DNA of 59,997 nt from positions 1 to 59,997 of the forward strand of contig JAWOBU010000262.1 in assembly GCA_046484135.1 (NCBI GenBank), read 5' to 3'. The notes below the pieces were generated by a model, which was not told where the DNA came from, did no database searches, and worked only from the letters and a program-made list of their open reading frames with translations. Positions 1 through 8,118 of the stretch are shown here, piece by piece. The position numbers and the translations under genes were made by a program. Within the stretch, counting starts at the first letter, position 1. The number at the start of each line of letters is the position of its first letter. The DNA is from a bacterium. GTDB taxonomy: Bacteria > RBG-13-61-14 > DATKZS01.

Positions 1-1188
1 GCCCAGTCAGTGGCCTGGGACTTCGGGCCTCATTCCGGCGAAAACTACACCTTCTATGTCCAGGTGGACACCGAGTGGTGGCCGGACAACCCCCACAACG
101 ACACCCGCTACGAATTCACGGACCGGACCACCATGTACCTCATGCTGACCGATCTGGGAGACACCATGACCGCCACCAATAAAGAATGGTACCGTCTGGG
201 CTCCTATAAGCGGTCCAACGTCATAGCCGGCTGGAACGCCGGCGGAGCGGGCAACTCCGCGGACAGCGGCGTCGCGCTTGCGGGTTCAGGAGTAGATTCC
301 AACGACAAGTACTTCGGGGTGAACGTGGCGATGGAGTACCCGGACCGGATCGAGTCCCGGACAGTGGGTGACAAGTCCGATTTCACCGACTACGAGTACT
401 ACCGGAAGTTCGCCATCGCGATCACTTATAATACCAACGCGGTGGAACGGGTTACCTCAACCGGCTATACCAAGAACAAAAAGGAGGGCGGTATAGAGGT
501 TACCGAAGGCGCATTGGAAATCTGCACCTTTGGTAACTGCGGTGCAGGCCTTGAGACCTATAAAGCATTCGAAGAGCCCGGTCCTGTCACCACTTTCAAT
601 GATAGCGCAGGCTACATAATGACCTATGGGACTCTGCCAAATCAAAAATTCCAGTGGCTGCCCGGTGGTGAAAAATATTACACTGTTTACGGAGATTATG
701 TATCTGACTTCTATGGCGGGAATATCCCCTACCAGGCCGGGCATACCGGGATCGCTTATATTAACATGACCCCCGATCACGTTTATGATCCAAATATTAT
801 TTACTACTCCGACACCGCGGTCAAACAGGGGGGCGTGGACCCTGAGCCGGACATGCCCATCGCCATGTATTACTTCAAGGTCAAAGACGCCGCGGGCGAG
901 GGCACCTGGTTCCGTTCCAACATGAACTCCTCGAACTCCCAGCCAGAGCTGAATTACACCAATACCACTGACTTGACGAATAGCGGATACCTGCAAGGCA
1001 ACGACTGGAACCAGTACTGCTGGCCCATGGACGGCTCCACCCAGGGATGCTCAGCAGATAAGGCCTCCAGTGATTATATCGTCGGAAATGGGCTCGAGCA
1101 GCCCAATCCAAGCATTACCCATGCCGGCTTCGGTAACTCCAAGGACGGCTACTACCAGGCCTGGAACGTGCATCTGTGTGTTCAGTAA
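1..1188 (+). CDS. Partial (5'-truncated) putative secreted/cell-surface protein, possibly with a cohesin-like beta-sandwich
   Basis: The frame is open from base 1 (GCC CAG TCA GTG...), so the true start lies upstream of the window. Y/T/N/G/D/W-rich composition with paired Cys is typical of extracellular proteins. AIAITYNTNAVE and IAMYYFKVK loosely resemble cohesin strands. Confidence 0.6.
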   Translation, partial: AQSVAWDFGPHSGENYTFYVQVDTEWWPDNPHNDTRYEFTDRTTMYLMLTDLGDTMTATNKEWYRLGSYKRSNVIAGWNAGGAGNSADSGVALAGSGVDSNDKYFGVNVAMEYPDRIESRTVGDKSDFTDYEYYRKFAIAITYNTNAVERVTSTGYTKNKKEGGIEVTEGALEICTFGNCGAGLETYKAFEEPGPVTTFNDSAGYIMTYGTLPNQKFQWLPGGEKYYTVYGDYVSDFYGGNIPYQAGHTGIAYINMTPDHVYDPNIIYYSDTAVKQGGVDPEPDMPIAMYYFKVKDAAGEGTWFRSNMNSSNSQPELNYTNTTDLTNSGYLQGNDWNQYCWPMDGSTQGCSADKASSDYIVGNGLEQPNPSITHAGFGNSKDGYYQAWNVHLCVQ

Positions 1189-1195
1189 ACCGTTA

Positions 1196-1225
1196 CCGCG
1201 GGAGGGGGAAATCCCTCTCCCGCGG
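1196..1225 (+). promoter_or_regulatory. GC-rich 13-bp stem-loop without a U-tract (mRNA-stabilising or processing hairpin)
   Basis: CCGCGGGAGGGGG-AAAT-CCCTCTCCCGCGG, 8 nt after the upstream stop; one G-U pair on the + strand. Confidence 0.6.
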
Positions 1226-1277
1226 CAGTCCGCAACCTTGTGAAGGATGATAAAGACCCGGAAAGGAGAACTCATAT

Positions 1278-1409
1278 ATGAAAGAGAAAAAGAAATACAC
1301 GAAACCCGAGCTTAAGAAAAACGAGCCGCTGGTAAACATCACCTTTTCCACCGCCACCGGGACCTCCATCCCCGGCACCGGCGGGACCAGCGCTCCGGCA
1401 GTGGGCTGA
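1278..1409 (+). CDS. 43-aa putative RiPP precursor peptide with a lasso-type (RRE-binding) leader
   Basis: AAGGAG RBS at 1263-1268, ATG 1278, TGA 1407-1409. MKEKKKYTKPELKKNEPLVNITF|STATGTSIPGTGGTSAPAVG has YxxPxL and a Thr at the lasso-leader -2 position. Flanked by a hairpin and a terminator. Too short for the ORF track. Confidence 0.8.
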   Translation: MKEKKKYTKPELKKNEPLVNITFSTATGTSIPGTGGTSAPAVG

Positions 1410-1428
1410 GCCCACCCAACCAAAAACC

Positions 1429-1466
1429 AAAGGGGGGCGGAGATTAATCCTCCGCTCCCCCTTTTT
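1429..1466 (+). terminator. Intrinsic terminator, probably bidirectional
   Basis: AAAGGGGGGCGGAG-loop-CTCCGCTCCCCC-TTTTT, with an A-rich run on the 5' side, between convergent genes. Confidence 0.8.
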
Positions 1467-1582
1467 AGTCACTACTTCCGCCCGGGCTCCCGCCGGGCGT
1501 TGTTCTTTCCGGCAAGCCGTAACTTATGAAAGCTTGAAGCTTGCTTTCGCACTCCACAAACGGAATTTTGAACGGGCACCAA

Positions 1583-3094
1583 CTACAGCTTGCTCTGGTG
1601 AATGTAGTCTGCGTTGCGGTTGGCGAAGCCCATGATGGACTCCATGGGGTTCACTCCCAGGCAGGAGGGGAAGAGGCTTGCGTCGGCCACGAACAGGTTC
1701 TTGACGTCAAAGGTCTCGCCGTAAGGGTCAGTCACGGACTTTTCGGCAGAGGTCCCCATCCGGCAGGTGCCCATGGGATGGAAGGCCATCATCTCGAGGT
1801 CCGAGGTCTTGACCGCTCCGGTCAGGATGTCCCCTATCTGCTTTCTGTCCCGCATTTCCGGCAGCCAGGGAATGGCAGGGTAGACACTTTTGGCGCCCGC
1901 GGCAAAGAATATCTCGGCGGTGTAGCCGATGGACCGGACCGCCTTCTTGAGGTCCTCTTTAATGAGGTGATAGGTTATAAGGGGCTTCCGGAGCGGCGCC
2001 GGTCTTACCCTTCCCCTGGTCTCGTCGTGGACCATGGCCCCGAACGCGGCCATGTAGGGGTAGTTCCACATCAGCTCCTTGTTCTTCTCGGCGAAGTAGG
2101 GCATGACGGGCGCAGAGAGCAGAGGCCCTACAAAGATGCCCTCGAGCATTATCCCTTCCTTCCAGAACTCGTCCACGTACACTCCCTGGGGAACCCCTTT
2201 CCAGCCGTCCACCCGCTCGTCCATGAGCGCGTACACCCGGGTGGCGGGATGGAGCCGAAGGTTACGGCCCAGCTCTCCGCTCGAGCCGGCCAGCCGGTTT
2301 CTCTGCAAAAGCATGGGAGTGTGAATGGCGCCCGCGGACAGCACGGTGAGCTTGGCCTTTACAGTAAAGCCGTGCTTGCGCCTGCCCGACTTCCGGTCCA
2401 GGATGGAGCCTTTGATGCCGGTGGCTTCGCCGTGTCGCGTGAGGATGTCCTCGGCCCGGAAGTCGCAGTAGACCCGGCATCCCATGTCCGAGGCCGCCGG
2501 GATGTAGTTCAAAAGGGTTGGCTTCTTGCCGCCGGTGGGACAGCCCAGGGTACACACTCCGCAGCCCACGCAGTTCTCGTCCATGTTCCTTTTCAAGGGT
2601 CCGGCCGAGTAGTTGAGCTCGCGGGCGCCCCGCAGGAATATCTCTCCGTTCTTGCCCATGTTGCCGGAGTGGACCTCGCGGACCGAGTAGAAGTCCTCGA
2701 TCCGGTCGAAGTAGGGGGACATGGTCTCGAGGGAGATGTCGGGCAGGTTCCATTCCAACTGCCACTTGTGCAGTATGGAGGGGGGCGTCCTGAAGCAGGT
2801 CCCGGAGTTGACGGTGGTGGTCCCGCCCAGGCACCTGCCGATGGGGAAGGGCACCGCGGGCCTGCCGAGCGCCGAGGTCATGCCCTTGTCGCGGTAGAGC
2901 TTCAAGAACGCTTCCAAGGGGTCGCGGGAAAAGTCCGAGGTGCGGTAATGGCCTCCCTCTTCCAGCAGGACCACGGAGTGGCCCTTCTCCTGCAGCTCCT
3001 TGGCCATTACAGCGCCGCCGGCGCCCGAGCCCACCACCACTACGTCAGCGGAAAGCTCCACGTCTTTTTCAAAGTCGGTCGCTTCGTAAATCAT
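1583..3094 (-). CDS. GMC family FAD oxidoreductase (long-chain alcohol oxidase-like)
   Basis: DVVVVGSGAGG Rossmann motif, GGTTTVNSG, CVGCGVCTLGCP, SAGAIHTP, HPMGTCRMG, GVNP. Confidence 0.9.
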   Translation of the reverse strand: MIYEATDFEKDVELSADVVVVGSGAGGAVMAKELQEKGHSVVLLEEGGHYRTSDFSRDPLEAFLKLYRDKGMTSALGRPAVPFPIGRCLGGTTTVNSGTCFRTPPSILHKWQLEWNLPDISLETMSPYFDRIEDFYSVREVHSGNMGKNGEIFLRGARELNYSAGPLKRNMDENCVGCGVCTLGCPTGGKKPTLLNYIPAASDMGCRVYCDFRAEDILTRHGEATGIKGSILDRKSGRRKHGFTVKAKLTVLSAGAIHTPMLLQRNRLAGSSGELGRNLRLHPATRVYALMDERVDGWKGVPQGVYVDEFWKEGIMLEGIFVGPLLSAPVMPYFAEKNKELMWNYPYMAAFGAMVHDETRGRVRPAPLRKPLITYHLIKEDLKKAVRSIGYTAEIFFAAGAKSVYPAIPWLPEMRDRKQIGDILTGAVKTSDLEMMAFHPMGTCRMGTSAEKSVTDPYGETFDVKNLFVADASLFPSCLGVNPMESIMGFANRNADYIHQSKL

Positions 3095-3120
3095 GCCGGT
3101 GCCTTTTTTGGATAAGCCGC

Positions 3121-3555
3121 TTACCCCTCTTCAATGGGGTTGGGAGGGTCTGAGATACAGCCTTCGTCATACCCGATATGCTTCCACACCCGGGGCTGAT
3201 TATAAAAGCCGCCCATGAAGAGTCCCTTCAGCAGAACAAAGGACATCCGCAGGGTGTAAAGCCGGGACCGTTCCCGTTTCTCCAGGAGCTTGACCCTTTT
3301 CTCCAGCGGAAGGCGGGAAAGCCGCGAGAACTTGAAAGACAGAAAAGGGGAGAACTCCCACAGCCAGCAGTAGAGCACAAAGCCGGTCTTGCCTCCGGGA
3401 AAAGTGCTGAGCCAGTTAAGAAGCAGGTCTACAAGACCTATGTCCGCGGCCCCCGGCCGGTCCGGAGCTTCGTGAGGGATAATGGTTTCCGCAAGGCTTT
3501 CCATCATCCGCCTGCTCGGGCCGGACAGCTTTACCCGTTTCTTCTCTTCTTCCAT
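3121..3555 (-). CDS. Gluconate-2-dehydrogenase subunit 3-like small partner of the GMC enzyme
   Basis: LAETIIP...PGA, FSRLPLEKR-like segment and LKGLFMGGFY...VWKHIGY motif; directly upstream of the GMC gene. Start moved to ATG 3555, which has a GGAGG-like RBS upstream. Confidence 0.75.
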   Translation of the reverse strand: MEEEKKRVKLSGPSRRMMESLAETIIPHEAPDRPGAADIGLVDLLLNWLSTFPGGKTGFVLYCWLWEFSPFLSFKFSRLSRLPLEKRVKLLEKRERSRLYTLRMSFVLLKGLFMGGFYNQPRVWKHIGYDEGCISDPPNPIEEG

Positions 3556-3751
3556 TCTTCCCCGCCTCCGGCTTGGTGCCGCCGGGGCAACAAGGTCTTT
3601 CCCGTTATTACGGAGAGAGCTGCTTGCAAAAAAATGGTTCCAGCGGCCCCCCATAAAATCAAGTCAAGTAAACACTATCACAGTCTGAAGAAGCAATCAA
3701 AAAAGCACCGGAAAGAGATACTTCAGGCGGCGGGACCGAATGTTTTGAGAC

Positions 3752-3780
3752 TTTACACGGGGCTTGCGAGATGTTATGAT
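3752..3780 (+). promoter_or_regulatory. Sigma70-type promoter upstream of the SDR gene
   Basis: TTTACA-N17-TATGAT with an extended -10 TG. Confidence 0.55.
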
Positions 3781-3963
3781 TTAACCTCTTCTTGACAGGC
3801 GTGACAATGTTTATGGTTTTGACCCGTCAGCCGTCCGGGGGAATAAGAGGATGGGTGGTTTTGGAGGGTCGAGAGGATACGTCAAAATAGGTTTTGCGGC
3901 TTTGGGTTATTGGTTAGAGACGCACGCCGCATAATCACAGTCAAAGGGAGGCATTAGAGAGAG

Positions 3964-5133
3964 ATGGGAACAGAGAGGTTGAACTTGGTAACAGGCGCTT
4001 GCGGATTTACGGGTTTGCATCTGGTGCAGAGATTACTGGACGAGGGAGAGAAGGTCATTGCTACTGATCTTGGGAGGGCTTTCGATCACCCGAAGAACAA
4101 GATGATATTCGATAACCTCGGCATAGATTTCTCAAACCCGAACTGTCAGGTCATACCTTCGGACCTTACTGACCGGGAAAGCCTGCAAAAGCTTTTCGAG
4201 CAGCCTGTTACTCATATATTTCATACAGCCTCGCTTTATGATTACTCCGCGCCCATGGACATTCTCAGAAAGGTCAATATTGACGGTTTCTATAACCTGA
4301 TGGAGTTTGTTATGGAGTGTAAGAGCCTGAAGCGTTTCATCCACTGGAGCACGTGCGGCGTTTTCGGTAAACCTTATACGGCAAAAACCGGAAAGTGTAA
4401 CATCCCCTTTGTCGAGGATTATTCATCCTCTCCCAAGAACACCCCTTTTGAGCAGGATGAGCCCACCGGCACTCACCTGGTTAATGATTATTCGGTGACC
4501 AAATGGAAGCAGGAGCAGATCGCCTGGAAGTATCATCGAGAAAAAGGCTTGCCGCTTACTGTGGTCCGGCCGGCTCCGCTTTACGGTCCGGGAAGCGATT
4601 ACGGTCACGGGGGAATAGTGCTGACAATCAACAAGGGCCTTGTACCCTTTATACCCAGCGACGCGAAAAACTACATCACCACGTCGGTCCATGTCGAGGA
4701 CATGGTCCGTTTTGCGGCTTTCATCGCGGACAAGGACTTCACGGTGGGCGAGGACTACAATATAGTGGACGACAGTGTGATTTCCTATGATGATTTCATG
4801 AGGTACCTTGCCCTTCTCGTGGGCCGCAGGATGGGCTCGATACCCATCATCAGGCAGACCTGGTTGCGGCCTTTCATGATATGGGCCGCCGCGTTCTGGC
4901 TCAAACTGGAACAGAAGTACGGTGTCCCGCGGGTCAGGGTGTTCGAGGTCGGTTCAGCCACTTACATGTCGTCAAGCTATTGGATATCAAACAAAAAATC
5001 CAAAGAAACCGGTTTTTCCTACCGCTACCCCGATGTGCGGGAGGGAATGCGGGACACGATAGACTGGTTCCGAAGGGTAGGGTGGCTGGACAAGTCATAC
5101 AATCCTAAGGCCATCTGGCAGGAAAATATGTAA
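3964..5133 (+). CDS. NAD-dependent epimerase/dehydratase (extended SDR, 3-beta-HSD-like)
   Basis: TGACGFTG, HTAS, YSVTK (YxxxK), RPAPLYGPG; GGAGG RBS. Confidence 0.9.
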   Translation: MGTERLNLVTGACGFTGLHLVQRLLDEGEKVIATDLGRAFDHPKNKMIFDNLGIDFSNPNCQVIPSDLTDRESLQKLFEQPVTHIFHTASLYDYSAPMDILRKVNIDGFYNLMEFVMECKSLKRFIHWSTCGVFGKPYTAKTGKCNIPFVEDYSSSPKNTPFEQDEPTGTHLVNDYSVTKWKQEQIAWKYHREKGLPLTVVRPAPLYGPGSDYGHGGIVLTINKGLVPFIPSDAKNYITTSVHVEDMVRFAAFIADKDFTVGEDYNIVDDSVISYDDFMRYLALLVGRRMGSIPIIRQTWLRPFMIWAAAFWLKLEQKYGVPRVRVFEVGSATYMSSSYWISNKKSKETGFSYRYPDVREGMRDTIDWFRRVGWLDKSYNPKAIWQENM

Positions 5134-5460
5134 AAGCCCCTAAGGCGGTCAAGTTTATATCGCCTCCAGGCGATAGCTTGATGGACCACCCTGAGGCCGA
5201 TGTTGTGATATTTGAGACTTACCACTTACAGGTCTCATCTTTATGTGGTAAAAAGCAAATCGGGTATCAAACAAGAATTTTGGCGGGAAGTTCACAGAGA
5301 CTTGACAACCGCCATCACAGGAGTGCGGCTGCTTGCTCTCGCGTTCCGAGGTAACACCGCAAGTCAGCAAAACCTCCTTTGTTTCGCAACAGGGACTATC
5401 TAAGCCGACCTTAAACAGGCAGTTCCGCTAATAAAACATATTGCCTTTCTTGTTTTATCT
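5132..5460 (-). ncRNA. Candidate structured RNA of unknown family
   Basis: Seven consecutive stem-loops and a possible pseudoknot in an intergenic gap. Several G-U pairs, a GCGA tetraloop and a terminal U-run favour the minus strand. Confidence 0.35.
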
Positions 5461-5509
5461 TGCCCGTCTGAGGTGTTTTCAGTCCTTTTAGTTTTTTGGT
5501 TTTTCATTC

Positions 5510-5538
5510 TTGAAGTTTTGTAACGGGGATGATAAACT
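5510..5538 (+). promoter_or_regulatory. Sigma70-type promoter for the TPR/HNH/NTF2 genes
   Basis: TTGAAG-N17-TAAACT with an extended -10 TG. Confidence 0.5.
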
Positions 5539-5578
5539 TATAAGCTAGTGGCAGATGAATAATAAAAAGGAGCATGAC

Positions 5579-6769
5579 TTGGGCGGACGTGCTGTAAAAA
5601 GGATGGCCTCGGTCTTTTTGATGGCCGCCATCATATTTTCTGTTGGCGCCTGCGACGATAAAGATTCTTCGGAGTCTTTCCAAGACCCGGCCAAGAAACG
5701 GGCGGTGGAGCGTTATGAGGAAGGCCGGAGGCTGTTTTTGACCTGTGACCCCAACAGCTACCCGCAGGCGCTCAGTTACTTTGAAGAGGCGCTGGATAAC
5801 AACAGCGATTACCCGGAGGCCCTGGCGGCGTGGGCGGAGACCCTTTCCATGTGGCAGGGCTTCAACATGAACCAGGACGCGTTCGAGAACGCCATGCACC
5901 GGGCCCAGCGGGCCACCCGGCTGGCGCCCGACCTGGACATGGGGTACCGGGCGGCCGCGGACATCTACCGGCATCACCGGAACCCCAAGACGGGCAAGGT
6001 GGAGACCGAGTACGCCCTGGACATGATTGACCGGGCACTGGAGATAAACCCCCGCTCCGCGGAGAACCTCTACGTCAAAGGGTCCATCTATCTTACCAAG
6101 GACCCTCTCCAGGCCATCAAGCTGCTCGAAGAGGCAAAGAAGCTGAACCCGGACCTGGGAAAGGTTTACTTCAACCTGGCCAGCGCCCACCAGATGATTG
6201 CCGACCGCATCAACACCAGGCTCCAGCAGGCCGGCGACTCCGGCGGCAATGCCAAAAAAGAGTTGCAAAAGGACATGCAAAGTCGGTATAATCAGGCCGA
6301 AAAAAATTACAAGACTTACCAGTCCGTGGTGCCGGGAGACCTGGGAGGATTCTGCGCGCTGGGAATAGTGTACCTTCACCAGGGCGAGCTCGACAAAGCG
6401 GAGAAGATGTTGAAAAAGACAGTGACCAAAAACCCCAATCCGGACACCTCGCAGTTCAAGTGGATGATGAAGGCTTACTACCACCTCGCCGCCATCGAGG
6501 AGAAGCGGGGCAACCTGGAGGAGGCCTATATCTATAACCAGAGCGCTATGGATATCGCGGGTTCCCACCCTGATTTCGTCGGCCAGAGGATCAGACTTTG
6601 CAAGAAGCTCGACAGGACCGACTGCGTAAAGGAGTACCAGAAAAAGCTCGAAGAACTAAAGCAAAGGCAAAAAGAGCTTCAGAAAAAAACAGAGATTGAT
6701 AAAATGGAAATGGAAGGCGGCGCCACCGTAGAAAGTGCCGCCGGACCGGAGGAACAAACAAGACCATAA
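5579..6769 (+). CDS. TPR-repeat lipoprotein
   Basis: The in-frame TTG at 5579 lies 6 nt after AAGGAG (the track starts at 5555). Signal peptide ends in lipobox VGAC; several TPR-like repeats (RALEINP, AKKLNP). Confidence 0.8.
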   Translation: MGGRAVKRMASVFLMAAIIFSVGACDDKDSSESFQDPAKKRAVERYEEGRRLFLTCDPNSYPQALSYFEEALDNNSDYPEALAAWAETLSMWQGFNMNQDAFENAMHRAQRATRLAPDLDMGYRAAADIYRHHRNPKTGKVETEYALDMIDRALEINPRSAENLYVKGSIYLTKDPLQAIKLLEEAKKLNPDLGKVYFNLASAHQMIADRINTRLQQAGDSGGNAKKELQKDMQSRYNQAEKNYKTYQSVVPGDLGGFCALGIVYLHQGELDKAEKMLKKTVTKNPNPDTSQFKWMMKAYYHLAAIEEKRGNLEEAYIYNQSAMDIAGSHPDFVGQRIRLCKKLDRTDCVKEYQKKLEELKQRQKELQKKTEIDKMEMEGGATVESAAGPEEQTRP

Positions 6770-6797
6770 TCATCAAGAGTTTGACAAGGGTATAACC

Positions 6798-7394
6798 ATG
6801 TTAGGCACGGGTGTACTCGTACTTAACCGCTCGTTTATGCCTATTAACATCACAACGGTTAAACGGGCGGTCGTACTCCTCTACCAGGGCGCGGCCAAGG
6901 CTGTGAACCAGGAATACGAGCTTTTTAACTTCGATGACTGGAGCCAGCTTCGACCACAGGAGGGACAGGATTCCCTCGGACTTATTCACGGGACCATACT
7001 CGTACCCCGGGTTATTCTGCTGCTCTCCTATGACCGTATCCCCAAAAGAAACGTGCGGTTCTCCAGGATGAACATATTCCTGCGCGATAAAAACACCTGC
7101 CAGTACTGCGGACTCACCCTGCCCAGAAAAGAGCTCAATATTGATCACGTGAATCCACGGTCCCGGGGAGGGACCTCCACCTGGGAAAACGTGGTCTGCT
7201 CCTGCCTGGAATGCAACCGCAAAAAGGGAGGCCGGACCCCTCAGGAAGCGAAAATGAAGCTCATCCGAAAGCCGCGCCGGCCCCGCTGGACCCCACACAT
7301 GACCTTCAAGCTGAACGGGGTACATTACAGCGAGTGGGTCCCCTTCCTCAACTTCATTGACGCATCCTACTGGAACGTGGAACTGCAAGAATGA
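6798..7394 (+). CDS. HNH endonuclease (McrA/HNH_5-like)
   Basis: VLVLNRSF N-terminus; RDKNTCQYCG...IDHVNPRSRGG..TWENVVCSCLECNRKK. Confidence 0.9.
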   Translation: MLGTGVLVLNRSFMPINITTVKRAVVLLYQGAAKAVNQEYELFNFDDWSQLRPQEGQDSLGLIHGTILVPRVILLLSYDRIPKRNVRFSRMNIFLRDKNTCQYCGLTLPRKELNIDHVNPRSRGGTSTWENVVCSCLECNRKKGGRTPQEAKMKLIRKPRRPRWTPHMTFKLNGVHYSEWVPFLNFIDASYWNVELQE

Positions 7395-7864
7395 AAAAAG
7401 CAACGCTAGTCCTGGTGGTGTCCGCCGCCCTGGTACTTGCTTTTGTCTACCACCGCCGTATCTATCAAGACGATGAAAAGAGAATCCGGGAGATCATCTC
7501 CAAGATCGAGAAACACGCCGAAGCCAAAAACACCGACGGCATGATGGAGTACGTAAGCGACGACTACTCGGACGACTCCGGACTCAATAAGTTCTACCTC
7601 AGACGGATGCTCCAGAGCAGGATGGGAGAGCTCGACGAGCTGAAGGTCGAGATAAAGGACCTGGACGTGTTCGTAAGCGGAGAAAAGGCCACCGTAAACC
7701 TCGCGCTCACTGCACAGGCAACCAGAAAAGGAAAGATATTCTTTCCCTTGGGGTCCGAAGACAAACCCGAACATCCGAAAATTACCTTCAGGAAAACCGG
7801 CACCGGAGACTGGGAGATCATAGAGATAGACAACGTGGACACCGGACCTAAGCTCGGCATTTAA
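7391..7864 (+). CDS. Membrane-anchored/exported NTF2 (SnoaL-like) fold protein
   Basis: Hydrophobic N-terminus, YVSDDYSD, terminal WEII strand; ATGA overlap with the HNH gene. Confidence 0.7.
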   Translation: MKKATLVLVVSAALVLAFVYHRRIYQDDEKRIREIISKIEKHAEAKNTDGMMEYVSDDYSDDSGLNKFYLRRMLQSRMGELDELKVEIKDLDVFVSGEKATVNLALTAQATRKGKIFFPLGSEDKPEHPKITFRKTGTGDWEIIEIDNVDTGPKLGI

Positions 7865-7894
7865 AAAATCTCGATAAAAAGCGCAACAATAGAT

Positions 7895-8039
7895 TGCCGG
7901 AAAGCGACATGTATAAAGGCGGCGCTTTTGCTTCTCACGGGCCCCGGCGAGGACCCTGCCTGCAACTACATGTTTTTAAATCGCTTTTGCGGAAGGGAAA
8001 TGCGGGGAAGCAGGCTTTCTTCTTGGCATCCCCCTTGCT
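7895..8039 (+). promoter_or_regulatory. Sigma54 promoter with candidate enhancer (UAS) and IHF site
   Basis: TTGGCATCCCCCTTGCT at 8023-8039 (GG-N10-GC); imperfect palindrome TGCCG-N5-CGACA at 7895-7909; IHF-like AAACATGTAGTTG on the minus strand at 7963-7975. Confidence 0.65.
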
Positions 8040-8118
8040 GTCTACTTTACCAGCATGGTTTTAGAGGCAAAAAGGAAATCCGAGATGCAGGCCTTCTCCA
8101 AACAAGGCGGTGAATAAA

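Noticed and set aside
1000..1225. C-terminal LCVQ plus a downstream GC hairpin resembling a diversity-generating retroelement target
   Set aside because: No template repeat, reverse transcriptase or Avd in the window, and the C-terminus does not fit the spacing of a CLec fold.
1278..1409. Canonical lasso peptide
   Set aside because: The core has no Asp/Glu for the macrolactam and no cyclase is adjacent; kept only as a lasso-like leader.
1401..1415. Peptide stop TGA sits in the loop of GTGGGC-TGA-GCCCAC; possible Sec read-through
   Set aside because: Read-through would run through the terminator, and there is no G-loop SECIS-like hairpin at the right distance.
1541..3115. 524-aa plus-strand ORF, and many similar long antisense ORFs (e.g. 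5504-6568, 12434-13441, 38920-40014)
   Set aside because: Shadow ORFs opposite well-supported genes in GC-rich DNA, with no recognisable motifs.
5155..5370. 71-aa minus-strand ORF behind AAAGGAGG
   Set aside because: The TTG is only 2 nt from the SD and the peptide has no recognisable features; not called as a CDS.
5380..5450. Resemblance to a c-di-GMP-I (GEMM) riboswitch on the minus strand (AAAGGCAA..GCGGAA..GUUGCGAAA)
   Set aside because: No GNRA-capped P2 stem or tetraloop receptor; similarity too weak without a covariance-model search.
6781..6796. TTGACA and TATAAC just before the HNH start
   Set aside because: Only 4 nt apart, which is not a valid -35/-10 spacing.
6798..7394. HNH as IscB/Cas9-like or a homing endonuclease
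   Set aside because: 198 aa with no RuvC or PLMP motifs and no adjacent array, intron or RNA scaffold.
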